Under the pieces are notes generated by a model. It searched no databases and was not told where the DNA came from. It worked only from the letters and a program-made list of their open reading frames with translations. Below, piece by piece: positions 1 through 9,944 of a DNA stretch of 64,000 bases. The stretch is from Candidatus Eiseniibacteriota bacterium (GTDB lineage Bacteria; Eisenbacteria; RBG-16-71-46; CAIMUX01; VGJL01). Where the stretch lies: positions 160,001-224,000 of the forward strand of contig CAWBWI010000004.1 in assembly GCA_963792585.1 (NCBI GenBank), written 5' to 3'. The translations under genes and the position numbers were made by a program. Every line of letters starts with the position of its first letter. The first letter of the stretch is position 1.

Positions 1-373
1 CAGACCGAAGGCGCCGATCCACTCGCCCGTGGTCAGCTTGCGCAGATACCGTTCCTTCTGCGCAGGGGTCCCGTACTTGTAGATCGGGTAGATTCCCAGG
101 CTCGTGTGCGCCGCCATCGTGATCCCGGTGCTCGCGCAGGCGCGCGGTCACCTCCTCGACGGCGATCGCGTACGAGAGGGTGTCCATTCCGGCGCCCCCG
201 ACCTCTTCCGGGTACGGGATGCCGAGGAAGCCGAGGGTTCCCATCTGGCGAAGGATCTCCGGCGGGATCTTCTCGTCCCGGTCGATCGCCATCGCGCGCG
301 GCCGGATCTCGCTCTCCGCGAAATCCCGGACCGCCTGCCGTATGGATTCGTGTTCTTCGCCCAGCTTGCGCAT
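1..373 (-). CDS. acyl-CoA dehydrogenase, N-terminal part (runs off window; apparent frameshift near 140)
   Basis: Manual translation MRKLGEEHESIRQAVRDFAESEIRPRAMAIDRDEKIPPEILRQMGTLGFLGIPYPEEVGGAGMDTLSYAIAVEEV; GGAG RBS upstream. Confidence 0.85.
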   Translation of the reverse strand, partial: MRKLGEEHESIRQAVRDFAESEIRPRAMAIDRDEKIPPEILRQMGTLGFLGIPYPEEVGGAGMDTLSYAIAVEEVTARLREHRDHDGGAHEPGNLPDLQVRDPCAEGTVSAQADHGRVDRRLRS

Positions 374-402
374 CGATGCTCCTCAAGCCGCCGCGGCGGC
401 GC

Positions 403-1071
403 TCAGACCCGAACCTCCGGGACGTCCGCCCCGTCGACGTGCAACTCGGCTTCCGTCTTCTCCTGAATCTCGTCGACCGTCCAGCCGGGCGCCCGTTCGC
501 GCAGGACGAAGCCACGCTCCGCCTCCACGTCGAAGACCCCGAGCTCGGTGATGACCCGGTGGATGCATCGCTCGCCGGTCAAGGGAAGCGTGCACCGCCG
601 AAGCAGCTTCGGCGAGCCGTCCTTCGCGGTGTGCTGCATCGTCACCACGATGCGCTTGGCCCCCGCGACCAGATCCATCGCGCCGCCCATCCCTTTGACC
701 AGCTTGCGGGGGATCATCCAGTTCGCGAGATTGCCCTGCTCGTCGACCTCCATCGCCCCCAGGATCGTCAAGTCGATATGGCCGCCACGGATCATCGCGA
801 AGCTGTCGGCGCTCGAGAAGAACGACGCCCCCGGCAGTGCGGTGATCGTCTGCTTCCCGGCGTTGATCAGGTCGGGATCCTCCTCGCCCTCGAACGGAAA
901 GGGCCCGACTCCGAGCATCCCGTTTTCCGATTGCAGGACGATCTGCATCCCCTTGGGAACGTGGTTGGCCACGAGGGTCGGCATCCCGATCCCCAGATTG
1001 ACGTACATCCCGTCGCGCAGCTCAGCCGCCGCTCTTTGGACGATTTGTTCTTTGTTCAATCCGCTTTTCAT
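403..1071 (-). CDS. scoB: 3-oxoacid CoA-transferase subunit B
   Basis: [20 protein letters not shown] catalytic Glu motif, GMGGAMDLV. Confidence 0.93.
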   Translation of the reverse strand: MKSGLNKEQIVQRAAAELRDGMYVNLGIGMPTLVANHVPKGMQIVLQSENGMLGVGPFPFEGEEDPDLINAGKQTITALPGASFFSSADSFAMIRGGHIDLTILGAMEVDEQGNLANWMIPRKLVKGMGGAMDLVAGAKRIVVTMQHTAKDGSPKLLRRCTLPLTGERCIHRVITELGVFDVEAERGFVLRERAPGWTVDEIQEKTEAELHVDGADVPEVRV

Positions 1072-1738
1072 ATCCGATCCCCTGGAATATCGAATCGACG
1101 TAGACCGACGGGGTGATGATCATCTCAGGATCGATCGCGCCCACCTCGACGAGGTCCTCGACCTCCGCGATCGTGTAGTCAGCCGCGGTGGCCATCATCG
1201 GGTTGAAGTTGCGGGCGGTTCCCCGGTAGATCAGGTTGCCCGACCGATCGCCGCGGAACGCCTTGATGAACGCGAAGTCGGCGTGGATCGCCCGTTCGAG
1301 AACGAAGGTGCGGCCCGCGAACTCGCGGGTCTCCTTTCCCTCCGCGATGACCGTCCCGACTCCCGTGGGGGTGTAGAAGGCGGGGATTCCCGCGCCGCCC
1401 GCCCGGATTCGCTCCGAGAACGTCCCCTGCGGCACGAACTCGAGCTCGAGATCCCCGTCGAGATACTGCCGCTCGAAGGTCGCGTTCTCTCCGACGTAGG
1501 AGGAGACCATCTTGCGGACCTGCCGGGTCTTCAGGAGGACCCCGATGCCGAACTCGTCGACCCCTGCATTGTTGCTGATGATCGTGAGATCCTTCGTTCC
1601 GCGCCGCAGGAGGGCCGCGATCAGGTTCTCCGGGATCCCGCAGAGTCCGAAGCCGCCCATCAGAATCGTGCAGCCGTCCCGCAGTCCCGCACGCTCGAGC
1701 GCCACCTCCGCGTTCTGGATCGTCTTGTCGACCGACAT
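1022..1738 (-). CDS. scoA: 3-oxoacid CoA-transferase subunit A
   Basis: [43 protein letters not shown]. Confidence 0.93.
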   Translation of the reverse strand: MSVDKTIQNAEVALERAGLRDGCTILMGGFGLCGIPENLIAALLRRGTKDLTIISNNAGVDEFGIGVLLKTRQVRKMVSSYVGENATFERQYLDGDLELEFVPQGTFSERIRAGGAGIPAFYTPTGVGTVIAEGKETREFAGRTFVLERAIHADFAFIKAFRGDRSGNLIYRGTARNFNPMMATAADYTIAEVEDLVEVGAIDPEMIITPSVYVDSIFQGIGYEKRIEQRTNRPKSGG

Positions 1739-1744
1739 CGGTAC

Positions 1745-2149
1745 CTACCGTTTCTCCGCGCGCCAGCGCTTGATGTAGTCGATCGGCGCGGTCGTAGGGG
1801 TCCCCGGACCGAAGATCGCCCCCACCCCCATCTCCCGAAGCTTGTCCGCGTCGTCCTCGGGAATGATCCCGCCGCCGATCACGTGGATGTCGCCCGCGCC
1901 GCGCGCCTTCAGGAGGTCGAGGACGCGCGCGAAGAGGGTCATGTGCGCCCCGGAAAGAATGCTCATCGAGACGATGTCGACATCCTCCTGGACGGCCGCG
2001 TCGACGATCATCTCGGGAGTCTGATGCAAGCCGGTATAGATCACCTCGAAGCCTGCGTCGCGGAACGCGGTCGCAATCACCTTCGCCCCACGGTCGTGAC
2101 CGTCGAGGCCCGGCTTCGCAACCAGGATTCGAACCTTCTCCTCGCTCAT
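1745..2149 (-). CDS. cobalamin B12-binding domain protein (acyl-CoA mutase small subunit)
   Basis: [10 protein letters not shown] (DxHxxG), SILSGAH, GGIIP. Confidence 0.93.
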   Translation of the reverse strand: MSEEKVRILVAKPGLDGHDRGAKVIATAFRDAGFEVIYTGLHQTPEMIVDAAVQEDVDIVSMSILSGAHMTLFARVLDLLKARGAGDIHVIGGGIIPEDDADKLREMGVGAIFGPGTPTTAPIDYIKRWRAEKR

Positions 2150-3189
2150 CGTACGCTCCCCTTGCCCGCCCCGACCGGGTGCGGCCCGTTCCCGCCCGAC
2201 AGCAGGCGGGAGACCATCGCATCGACGAGGGCGTAGGGCGAAGCCTCCCCCGCGTCGACCCTGCGTTCACTCTCGCCGATCCAGGCTTCCAACTCCCCCG
2301 ACTGCCAGAGGCCGTGGAGCAGCCGGTCGCGCAGCAGCGTCCGGAGTCGCTGGGCGACCCTCTTGCGACGTCTCGCCTCCCACATCGCGGGGTCCGCGCG
2401 CATCCAGTCACGATGGGATTCGATGGCCTCGCGGAGCGCCACGACGCCGTCGCCGCGGGTCGCGACGGTCCGGCAGATCTTCGGCTCCCAGGGCTCCCCG
2501 CCCCCCACAGCCTCCTCCCGACGCCGGTCCCGCTCTAGCTCGAGGAGCAGATGGATCTCCTTCTCCAGTCGATCCCCCCCCTCGCGATCGAACTTGTTGA
2601 TCACGAACAGATCGGCGGCCTCCATGAGCCCCGCCTTCATCACCTGCACGGCGTCGCCGGACTCGGGCACGAGGACGACGACCGTAGTGTCGGCCGCTTC
2701 GATGACCTCCATCTCGGATTGCCCGACCCCGACCGTCTCGATCAGGATCCAGTCGCAACCGGCCGCCTCGAGCGCCTCGCTGGCTTCGTAGGTGGTCGAC
2801 GCGAGCCCCCCAAGGCTCCCGCGGCTGGCCATGCTCCGAATGAAGACACCCGGATCACCGTGGTGCGCCTGCATGCGAATCCGGTCGCCGAGGATCGCTC
2901 CTCCGGTGAACGGACTCGAAGGATCGACGGCCAGGATCCCGACCATCGCATCCAGCGTCCGCAGGGAACGGGTCAACTCACTGGTGAGCGTGCTCTTTCC
3001 CGATCCGGGTGGCCCCGTGATTCCGACTCGGTGGCAGCGCGGGGACGCATCATAAAGGCGATCGAGCAGGGCGCGCCCTTCCGGGCTCTGATCCTCGATC
3101 CAGGAGATCCCTCGGGACAATGCGCGGCGATCCCCCGCACGGATGCGGGAGGCAAGCTCTTCGATCCCCTGGGCCGCGGCAGACGCCAA
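2146..3189 (-). CDS. meaB: methylmalonyl-CoA mutase-associated GTPase MeaB
   Basis: [44 protein letters not shown] start chosen after GGAGG. Confidence 0.92.
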   Translation of the reverse strand: MASAAAQGIEELASRIRAGDRRALSRGISWIEDQSPEGRALLDRLYDASPRCHRVGITGPPGSGKSTLTSELTRSLRTLDAMVGILAVDPSSPFTGGAILGDRIRMQAHHGDPGVFIRSMASRGSLGGLASTTYEASEALEAAGCDWILIETVGVGQSEMEVIEAADTTVVVLVPESGDAVQVMKAGLMEAADLFVINKFDREGGDRLEKEIHLLLELERDRRREEAVGGGEPWEPKICRTVATRGDGVVALREAIESHRDWMRADPAMWEARRRKRVAQRLRTLLRDRLLHGLWQSGELEAWIGESERRVDAGEASPYALVDAMVSRLLSGGNGPHPVGAGKGSVR

Positions 3190-3232
3190 GAATTTCCTCC
3201 CCTGAGGGGCTGGCAACGTGTTGGAACAAGCC

Positions 3233-3262
3233 AACCTAGCAGAGATTCGTCGAATGTGTCAA
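3233..3262 (-). promoter_or_regulatory. sigma70-like promoter for meaB operon
   Basis: TTGACA-N18-TAGGTT with TG just upstream of -10. Confidence 0.55.
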
Positions 3263-3377
3263 TTGGAAACGGTCGTGAAGAAGGATCGATTCGAGGAGTG
3301 AGGAGGATTCACGTCTGACTGATGCAACCCAGGGTGGACCCGTTCCGGGCGGGGGGAACGCCGCGCCGACAGGGGAA

Positions 3378-3499
3378 GGCCCCGGAGGTCTCCGCGACGC
3401 CTCCCCACTCGAGGGAGCTGGGGTGAGCCGTGCGGGACAGCCATGAGAAACAATCCTGCCCCCACCCCACCTCACCCCAGTTCATGGCACTCCGGGGCC
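3378..3499 (-). ncRNA. putative structured RNA of unknown class
   Basis: 10-bp terminal stem GGCCCCGGAG/CTCCGGGGCC, 10-bp CTGGGGTGAG/CTCACCCCAG stem, G-U pairs favour minus strand, begins about 7 nt after a promoter. Confidence 0.5.
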
Positions 3500-3505
3500 G
3501 AAAGG

Positions 3506-3534
3506 AAACTAAGGGCGGATCCTTCTCATGTCAA
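3506..3534 (-). promoter_or_regulatory. sigma70-like promoter
   Basis: TTGACA-N17-TAGTTT. Confidence 0.65.
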
Positions 3535-3951
3535 CGATCCTCTCCGAGACCCGCCCTCCCCCAACTTCCCCCCATCCAGGGTCACGGCGGCAGGGTAGTG
3601 CTGCACCCGCGCTTCGCCTCCCGTCTCCATGGTGACCGTGACGACGTCCAGGCGCCAGCAACGGGCGTCCCCGATCCCGCGCGCGATGTAGGCGCGGCCC
3701 GCTCGCGCGAGGGCGCGAGCCTTCGGGCCGCTGACCGTCTCGGCGGGATGTCCGAAAGCGGTCGTCTCCCGATAGCGAACCTCCACGAGCAGGAGCCAGT
3801 CGCCCACGCGGGCGATCAGGTCGATCTCGCCGCCGCCGACGTGGACGTTGCGACCGACGATCGTACAGCCGCGAAGCCGCAGGTAGCTCGCCGCGAGATC
3901 CTCTGCGGCCGCGCCGCGGCGGGCCCTCTCGGCATGATCGATGGTTGACAT
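3526..3951 (-). CDS. yraN: YraN family endonuclease-like protein
   Basis: GAAAEDLAASYL, GEIDLIA, LVEVRYR; follows rnhB. Confidence 0.88.
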   Translation of the reverse strand: MSTIDHAERARRGAAAEDLAASYLRLRGCTIVGRNVHVGGGEIDLIARVGDWLLLVEVRYRETTAFGHPAETVSGPKARALARAGRAYIARGIGDARCWRLDVVTVTMETGGEARVQHYPAAVTLDGGKLGEGGSRRGSLT

Positions 3952-4013
3952 GACCGCGCACGATAGCCGGGATCGTGCCGGCCGACGGCCGGGGAATCGA
4001 GCGCAGGGGCGCG

Positions 4014-4660
4014 CTAGAAGGGAAGTCGCGCCGGCGCTTCGAGGATACGTCGCACGGGTGCGAAGGTCCGGCGGTGGAGCGGGCAGACGCCGTTGCGCCC
4101 GAGGGCCTCGAGGTGCTCCGGCGTGGGGTAGCCGCGATTCTTGTCGAATCCGTATTGAGGAAACGCGAGGTGGTATCGGTCCATCCGCCGGTCCCGCGCG
4201 ACCTTCGCAATGACCGACGCGGCGGCGATCGAACGGCACCTGCGATCGCCGCCGATCAGCGGCGTCTGTTCGATCCGAAAGCCGGGAATGCGGAACCCGT
4301 CGACGAGAACGTGGTCGGGCGGCCGGTCGAGGCGGGCGATCGCCAGGCGCATCGCCCGAAACGAAGCGCGGCGTATGTTCCAGCGATCGATCCCGGCGGG
4401 AGCGACCGCGCCGAGTCCCCACGCCTGGCACGCGGCGAGAATCGGTCGCACCAGCCGTCGGCGCCGCGACGGCGTGAGGAGCTTGGAATCAGCGAAGGCC
4501 CGGGATGACGATCCCGGGCCTCAAGATGACTGCAGCGGCGACGACGGGCCCGGCGAGACAACCTCGCCCGACCTCATCGGTCCCCGCGACGCGGATGAAC
4601 CCGCGTCTCTGGAGTTGAGCCTCCCATCGGCCGCTCGGCGTCCGGGACGCCCGTGCAGCC
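4014..4660 (-). CDS. rnhB: ribonuclease HII (frameshifted in this sequence; start approximate)
   Basis: [19 protein letters not shown] and DSK in upstream frames; [22 protein letters not shown] in the 4014..4451 ORF. Confidence 0.88.
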
Positions 4661-4663
4661 CGA

Positions 4664-5035
4664 TCAGGCGTCGGCCGACGCCTTCTTGCTCTGGGTCGAC
4701 TTCTCCTTGATGCGCGCCGACTTGCCCTTGAGTTCCTTCAGGTAGGTCAGCTTCGCGCGGCGCACCGAGCCCTTGCGGGTCACTTCGACCTTCGCGATGC
4801 TCGGCGAGTGGATCGGGAAGATCCTCTCGACGCCGATGCCGTCGGTCACCTTGCGGACCGTGAAGCTCCGGCCGATACCGCTCCCGCGGATCCCCAGGAC
4901 GACGCCCTGAAAGACCTGGGTCCGTTCCTTCTCTCCCTCGATGACCTTCACGTGGACACGAATCGTGTCGCCAGGCGCGAAGGCGGGGATGTCGTCCCGC
5001 ATGTTAGGAGCCTCGATATTGCGCAGCAGATCCAT
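4664..5035 (-). CDS. rplS: 50S ribosomal protein L19
   Basis: [38 protein letters not shown]. Confidence 0.97.
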   Translation of the reverse strand: MDLLRNIEAPNMRDDIPAFAPGDTIRVHVKVIEGEKERTQVFQGVVLGIRGSGIGRSFTVRKVTDGIGVERIFPIHSPSIAKVEVTRKGSVRRAKLTYLKELKGKSARIKEKSTQSKKASADA

Positions 5036-5063
5036 CGTTCTCTCCTTAGGCAATCGCCCGACT

Positions 5064-5879
5064 TCAGCGCGCGCGCCGCTTTCCCCGTCTCACCGGACGG
5101 GCTTCACTCCACCCCAACTCCGCGAGGATCGCGTGATCCTCGTCCGTCAACTCCGCCCGCGCCAGCAAGTCCGGCCGTCGGGCCAGTGTCCGCGCCAGGG
5201 CATCCCGGCGCCTCATCCGATCGACCGCCCCGTGATCCCCCGACAAGAGGACCGGCGGGACGCGCATGCCCCGAAACTCCTCGGGCCGCGTGTAGTAGCA
5301 GCAATCCAAGAGCCCCGTCTCGAAGGAGTCGCCCATCGCCGAGTCGAGATCGCCCATCACGCCCGGCAGCAGCCGGACCATCGCGTCGATGAGGACCAAC
5401 GCCGCCAGTTCCCCGCCCGAGAGCACGTAGTCTCCGATCGAGACTTCGCGGGTGACGTAGGTCCGGATCCTCTCGTCGAGCCCCTTGTACCGCCCCGAGA
5501 GCAGGACGACATCCCCCGCTCCCAGAATCCTGTGGACCATCGGTTGGTCCAGCGTTTCGCCCTGCGGCGAGAGCAGGATCGTCTCTCGCCGGGTCGCCGC
5601 CGGCGGCGGCAGCGAGTCGAGCGCACGCGCCACCGGATCGATCTTGAGGATCATCCCGGGTCCACCCCCGTAAGGGTAGTCGTCGATCGACCGGTGATTG
5701 TCCTCAGCGAACTCGCGAAGGGGAACGATCCGGATCTCTGCGGCGCGCTTCATGCGCGCCACGCGGATCATCCCTTCCTCCAGCGGCCCTTCGAAGATTC
5801 GCGGAAATCCGGTCAAGACGTGGACCGTCAGATCGGGTCTTCGCTCTCCCCCAGACTCGACCGCGGGACCTTCAGCCAC
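5064..5879 (-). CDS. trmD: tRNA (guanine-N1)-methyltransferase (start uncertain, 5831-5879)
   Basis: [29 protein letters not shown]. Confidence 0.95.
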   Translation of the reverse strand: MAEGPAVESGGERRPDLTVHVLTGFPRIFEGPLEEGMIRVARMKRAAEIRIVPLREFAEDNHRSIDDYPYGGGPGMILKIDPVARALDSLPPPAATRRETILLSPQGETLDQPMVHRILGAGDVVLLSGRYKGLDERIRTYVTREVSIGDYVLSGGELAALVLIDAMVRLLPGVMGDLDSAMGDSFETGLLDCCYYTRPEEFRGMRVPPVLLSGDHGAVDRMRRRDALARTLARRPDLLARAELTDEDHAILAELGWSEARPVRRGKRRAR

Positions 5880-6367
5880 AGACGGCCGCTCTCCAGATCC
5901 ACCCGCTCCACGAAGTCCTTCACCGCGGGTATCAGGATCTCCTCCGGTCCCTGGCGCACGCAATAGACGTCGTTGCTCCCTGTCTGCATGATCGACTCGA
6001 TCCGTCCCAGAACGGCTCCGGTCGCGTCGACCACCGTCAGCCCCATCACCTGGAAATGGTAGTAGGTCCCTTCCGGGAGGCTCGGGAGCGATTCGACCGC
6101 AACGGCCAGCTCGACCCCGCGCAAAGTCTCCGCCTCCTCGATCGAATCGATACCCTCGAGGAAGAGCGCGACCCCGTTCCCGTATGGCCGACTCCCGACG
6201 ATCCGCAACTCGCGTGCCGGTTCCGTGCACAGCAAGAGACGGCTGCCAGGAGCGAACCGGTCCGGATCATCGCCCGTCGGCCCCACGACCAACTCACCCT
6301 TGAGCCCCACGGGTCTGCGAATCGTGCCGACCTGAATGAGGCGGGGAGAATCCGCGCGATCCGGCAC
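5828..6367 (-). CDS. rimM: ribosome maturation factor RimM
   Basis: VGTIRRPVGLKGE, EGTYYHFQVMG, TGSNDVY, LIPAV; synteny. Confidence 0.93.
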   Translation of the reverse strand: MPDRADSPRLIQVGTIRRPVGLKGELVVGPTGDDPDRFAPGSRLLLCTEPARELRIVGSRPYGNGVALFLEGIDSIEEAETLRGVELAVAVESLPSLPEGTYYHFQVMGLTVVDATGAVLGRIESIMQTGSNDVYCVRQGPEEILIPAVKDFVERVDLESGRLWLKVPRSSLGESEDPI

Positions 6368-6375
6368 TCGATCCC

Positions 6376-6606
6376 CTATTCCAGTATCTCCAGGACGGCT
6401 CGTTTGTTTTCTTTGGTCGCCGCCGCCGAGAGAAGCGTGCGGATCGCACGGATCGTCCTGCCGTGCTTTCCGATGATCTTCCCAAGATCCCCGTCCCCGA
6501 CTCTCAGTTCGTAGACGGTCGTCTTCTCTCCCGCGACCTCTTGCACATCCACCTCTTCGGGCTTGTCGACAAGGCGCTTGGCGATGTACTCGATCATCTC
6601 CTTCAT
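6376..6606 (-). CDS. khpA: KH domain RNA-binding protein
   Basis: [20 protein letters not shown]; between rpsP and rimM; GGAGG RBS. Confidence 0.92.
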   Translation of the reverse strand: MKEMIEYIAKRLVDKPEEVDVQEVAGEKTTVYELRVGDGDLGKIIGKHGRTIRAIRTLLSAAATKENKRAVLEILE

Positions 6607-6683
6607 GTCACCTCCACCCTTCGCGACGGCGGGCGAACAACGCAACGCCCGTGCTCAATCCGCTGCGGCCCGGGTTGTTTGCG

Positions 6684-6965
6684 TCAAGCGTCGGTTTGGG
6701 CCTTTTCCTGAACCTTGGCGGCGCCACCCCGCTTCTCGTAGGTCCGAACGAGTTGGCCGACGGTCTCCGACAACCGCGCTCCTTTGGACACCCACTCCTG
6801 GATCCTGGGCATCTCGAGTTCGATCTCCGCGGGATCCTTCAGCGGATTGTAGAACCCGACCTTCTCGATGAACCGGCCGTCACGCGCTCTTCTCGAGTCG
6901 CATGCGACGACACGGTAGAATGGGGCATTACGCCCGCCCGCTCGCTGCAGTCGAATCACGACCAC
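6684..6965 (-). CDS. rpsP: 30S ribosomal protein S16
   Basis: VIRLQRAG, PFYRVVACDSRRARDGRFIEKVGFYNP. Confidence 0.97.
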   Translation of the reverse strand: MVVIRLQRAGGRNAPFYRVVACDSRRARDGRFIEKVGFYNPLKDPAEIELEMPRIQEWVSKGARLSETVGQLVRTYEKRGGAAKVQEKAQTDA

Positions 6966-7013
6966 CGATTGATGCCCTCCTTCTGCACGTTCACTTCCTG
7001 CCCAACCCGCACT

Positions 7014-8339
7014 CTACACGCGACCCCGACGGGGCTTGTGACGACCGCGAGCCTTTCCCATCTGAGAAACCATTCGCTTCATCATCCCGAAATCCTTGAG
7101 CAGTCGATTGACGTCCTGCACCAGCGTTCCGCTCCCCTGCGCGATGCGCCGGCGCCGGCTCCCGCTGATGATCTCCGGCCGCTCCCGCTCTCCCGGCGTC
7201 ATCGACTGCAGGATTGCCTCGACGCGGACCAACTCCCGCTCGTCGAAGCCTCCCTGTGCCGGCAGAAGCTTCGCAGCCCCCGGAATCATCTTCGCGATTT
7301 CCTCGAGCGGACCCATCTTCTTCATCTGCCGGATCTGGTCGAGAAAGTCCTCCAGCGTGAACTGCCGCTTCTGGAGCCTTCGCTGGAGCTGCTCCGCCTT
7401 CTCGAGGTCGACGGTCTCCTGCACCTTCTCGACCAGCGAGAGGACGTCCCCCATGCCGAGGATCCGCGAGGCGAGGCGATCCGGATGGAACACCTCCAGC
7501 CCCGAAATCTTCTCGCCCGTCCCCAGGAAGAGGATCGGGACTCCTGTCGCCGCTCGGACCGAAAGCGCAGCGCCCCCGCGCGCATCCCCGTCCATCTTCG
7601 TCAGTGCCACGCCGTCGATCGGCATCCGGTCGCGAAACGCCTCGACGACTTGAACCGCGTCCTGCCCGACCATCCCGTCCAGCACGAGGATCGTCTGGTG
7701 CGGCTTGACCGCCTCGCGCACCCGCGCGAGTTCCGCCATCAGATCCTCATCGACGTGCAGCCGGCCCGCGGTATCGAGGAGCAGATAATCCGCCCCCGCC
7801 CCGCGTGCGGCCCGCAGCGCGTCCGTGGCGACCTGAACCGGGTCCTTGCTCGTTCGGTCGGTATGGACCTTCAGGCCGACCTGACGCCCAAGCGTTTCGA
7901 GCTGATCGATGGCTGCCGGTCGAGCCAGGTCACATGCACCCAGCCATGCGATCCGCTTGCGCCCCCGCAAGTGGTGCCCGAGTTTGGCGACGAAGGTCGT
8001 CTTTCCAGACCCCTGCAGCCCCACTATCAGGATGCGGGTAGGCACCTCGTGGCTCTCGGCCAGAGGTTGCGCCCTGCTCCCGAGCGTCTCGACCAGCACT
8101 TCCTGCACGACCCGAACGACCTGCTGCCCGGGGCTGAGATTGCCGATGACCTCTTGCCCGACCGCGCGCTCCTCAACCTTCTTGACGAGATCGCGCGCGA
8201 CGGCGAAGTGAACGTCGGCTTCGAGCAATGCGCGACGGACTTCGCGAAGCGCTTCACGGATATTTTCCTCCGTGAGCACACCGCGACCCCGCAGCCGCCG
8301 GAAGACCTCCTCCAGCCGCCCTGTGAGTTGCTCGAACAT
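7014..8339 (-). CDS. ffh: signal recognition particle protein
   Basis: GLQGSGKTT, DTAGRL, TKMDGDARGG, M domain SRRRRIAQGSG. Confidence 0.97.
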   Translation of the reverse strand: MFEQLTGRLEEVFRRLRGRGVLTEENIREALREVRRALLEADVHFAVARDLVKKVEERAVGQEVIGNLSPGQQVVRVVQEVLVETLGSRAQPLAESHEVPTRILIVGLQGSGKTTFVAKLGHHLRGRKRIAWLGACDLARPAAIDQLETLGRQVGLKVHTDRTSKDPVQVATDALRAARGAGADYLLLDTAGRLHVDEDLMAELARVREAVKPHQTILVLDGMVGQDAVQVVEAFRDRMPIDGVALTKMDGDARGGAALSVRAATGVPILFLGTGEKISGLEVFHPDRLASRILGMGDVLSLVEKVQETVDLEKAEQLQRRLQKRQFTLEDFLDQIRQMKKMGPLEEIAKMIPGAAKLLPAQGGFDERELVRVEAILQSMTPGERERPEIISGSRRRRIAQGSGTLVQDVNRLLKDFGMMKRMVSQMGKARGRHKPRRGRV

Positions 8340-8420
8340 TGGCCAGCCCCAAACGCGCCCGGCAGGGCGACATCAAAGAGGTCAGGCTATCAGAAGGCCC
8401 CCCGCGGGACAAGGCCCCGA

Positions 8421-9149
8421 TCAGGGGATATTCTTGGCTGGACGGGCCGCGCGGGCGGCTATCTCCAAGTTTTGAAAGGCCGTCGCGGGACTATCCGCTC
8501 GGAAGATCGCGTTTCCGGCGACCAGCCAACGGGCACCCGCCCCGGCGGCGGACTCGGCCGTGCCGGGGCGAATCCCCCCATCGACCTCCAGGACCGGCTT
8601 CCTCGGTGCGGACTCGCAGAATCGGGCGGCGGTGCCCAATCGCTCCTCCGAACCGGGCATGTACGCCTGACCCCCGAAACCAGGCATCACCGTCATGACC
8701 AAGATCAGATCGAAGAGCGATCCCGACCGATCGAGACTTCGCGCGACCTCGGAATCGGGACGGATCGCCAGCCCGAGTTTCACCCCCAACCGGTCGGCCT
8801 CGACCCGCAACGCTTCGGGATCGCCCCCTGCCTCGAGATGGATGGTGATGCTGTCGGCGCCGGCGCGCGCGAACGGCTCCAAAAACGAGGCCGGATCCGT
8901 GACCATCAGGTGCGCGTCGAGCCAGAGACCGGTCTCCCGCCGTACGGCCGCGACCAGCGGCGGCCCGAAGGTGATATTGGGCACGAAGTGCCCGTCCATC
9001 ACGTCGAGGTGGAGGACCCGGGCCCCTGCCCGCTCCATGGCGGCGATGTCGTCCGACAGTCGGGCGAAGTTCGCGCTCAGGAGCGAAGGCGCGATCAGAA
9101 CCTCGTCTCGGAGGGACTCCCAGGCCGATTCGCGGTCCCCAACCTTCAT
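8421..9149 (-). CDS. rpe: ribulose-phosphate 3-epimerase
   Basis: IAPSLLSANF, HLDVMDGHFVPNITFG, VDGGI. Confidence 0.95.
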   Translation of the reverse strand: MKVGDRESAWESLRDEVLIAPSLLSANFARLSDDIAAMERAGARVLHLDVMDGHFVPNITFGPPLVAAVRRETGLWLDAHLMVTDPASFLEPFARAGADSITIHLEAGGDPEALRVEADRLGVKLGLAIRPDSEVARSLDRSGSLFDLILVMTVMPGFGGQAYMPGSEERLGTAARFCESAPRKPVLEVDGGIRPGTAESAAGAGARWLVAGNAIFRADSPATAFQNLEIAARAARPAKNIP

Positions 9150-9203
9150 GAACGCTCCCCCCCGCGGTCGGGCTCGCTCATCCATCCCGCGGGCCCGATC
9201 CGA

Positions 9204-9944
9204 CTAGTCGATTCGCGCCGCGCCGCCCCATGCGATGGGGCTGCCGGGCGGTGGATCCTGCACCTGCACGCGATTCTCGGACCGTTCTCCCGAGACGTGG
9301 ATTCCGGCGGCCTCGAGCCTTCGCGCGGCCTCGTACAGGGTGACGCCGCGTAGGTCGGGCATGAGATAGAGCCCCCGCGGGGGACCGCCGGAGACGAGCA
9401 GGTCGATCTTTCCGCCATGGACGGGAGATTCGCCGCGCGCGGGACGGGTGCCGATGATCTCCCCTTCGCGCAGGAGCGAGGACGGGACGATCATCGTGAG
9501 CCCCGCGCTCAATCCGACCTGCGCGAGTTCCATCGACGCGAGGCGCGCGGTCTTTCCGGTCAGGTCGGGAATCTCCCGCACGGCGGGACCCGCGCTCACG
9601 AGCAGGTTGACGCGGCGGCCGGATCGGACCTGCGCGCCGGCCGGGGGTTCCTGGGCGACGATCGTGCCGGCGGGCCGGGAATCATCGTGCACCTCGAGGG
9701 TCTGCCCCGCCTCGAGCTGAGCGGCGCGCAATCGTGCTTCCGCGTCTGAAATGGCCCGTCCACGGAGATCCGGCACCTTCTGGTCCGCGCTGTGGTGAAC
9801 GGCGAGGGGCATCACGACCCGATCGAACAACCCCAGTCCGATCACGATGCCGAGAAGCGCCAGCGCCGCAAGGAGCCATCGAGACCGACCCTTTGGGATG
9901 TGCGTGAAATCCGGAAGCGATGCGAATCGAGCCCGAGGCTTCAT
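9204..9944 (-). CDS. membrane-anchored PASTA-domain protein
   Basis: N-terminal TM helix then three repeats (VPDLRG, IPDLTG, MPDLRG ... QxPPxG). Confidence 0.85.
   Translation of the reverse strand: MKPRARFASLPDFTHIPKGRSRWLLAALALLGIVIGLGLFDRVVMPLAVHHSADQKVPDLRGRAISDAEARLRAAQLEAGQTLEVHDDSRPAGTIVAQEPPAGAQVRSGRRVNLLVSAGPAVREIPDLTGKTARLASMELAQVGLSAGLTMIVPSSLLREGEIIGTRPARGESPVHGGKIDLLVSGGPPRGLYLMPDLRGVTLYEAARRLEAAGIHVSGERSENRVQVQDPPPGSPIAWGGAARID

Noticed and set aside
3322..3426. 34-aa plus-strand ORF after GAGGAGG
   Set aside because: The SD-like sequence is about 15 nt from the ATG, the peptide is featureless, and G-U pairing and promoters favour minus-strand transcription.
3378..3499. Assignment as cobalamin riboswitch, 6S, SRP RNA or RNase P RNA
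   Set aside because: Core consensus elements of each are missing or the length does not fit; kept as an unclassified candidate.
6651..9353. 900-aa plus-strand ORF, and similar long ORFs at 548-2236, 20716-22248 and 53147-55228
   Set aside because: Antisense or off-frame shadows of well-supported genes in high-GC DNA; no recognisable motifs.
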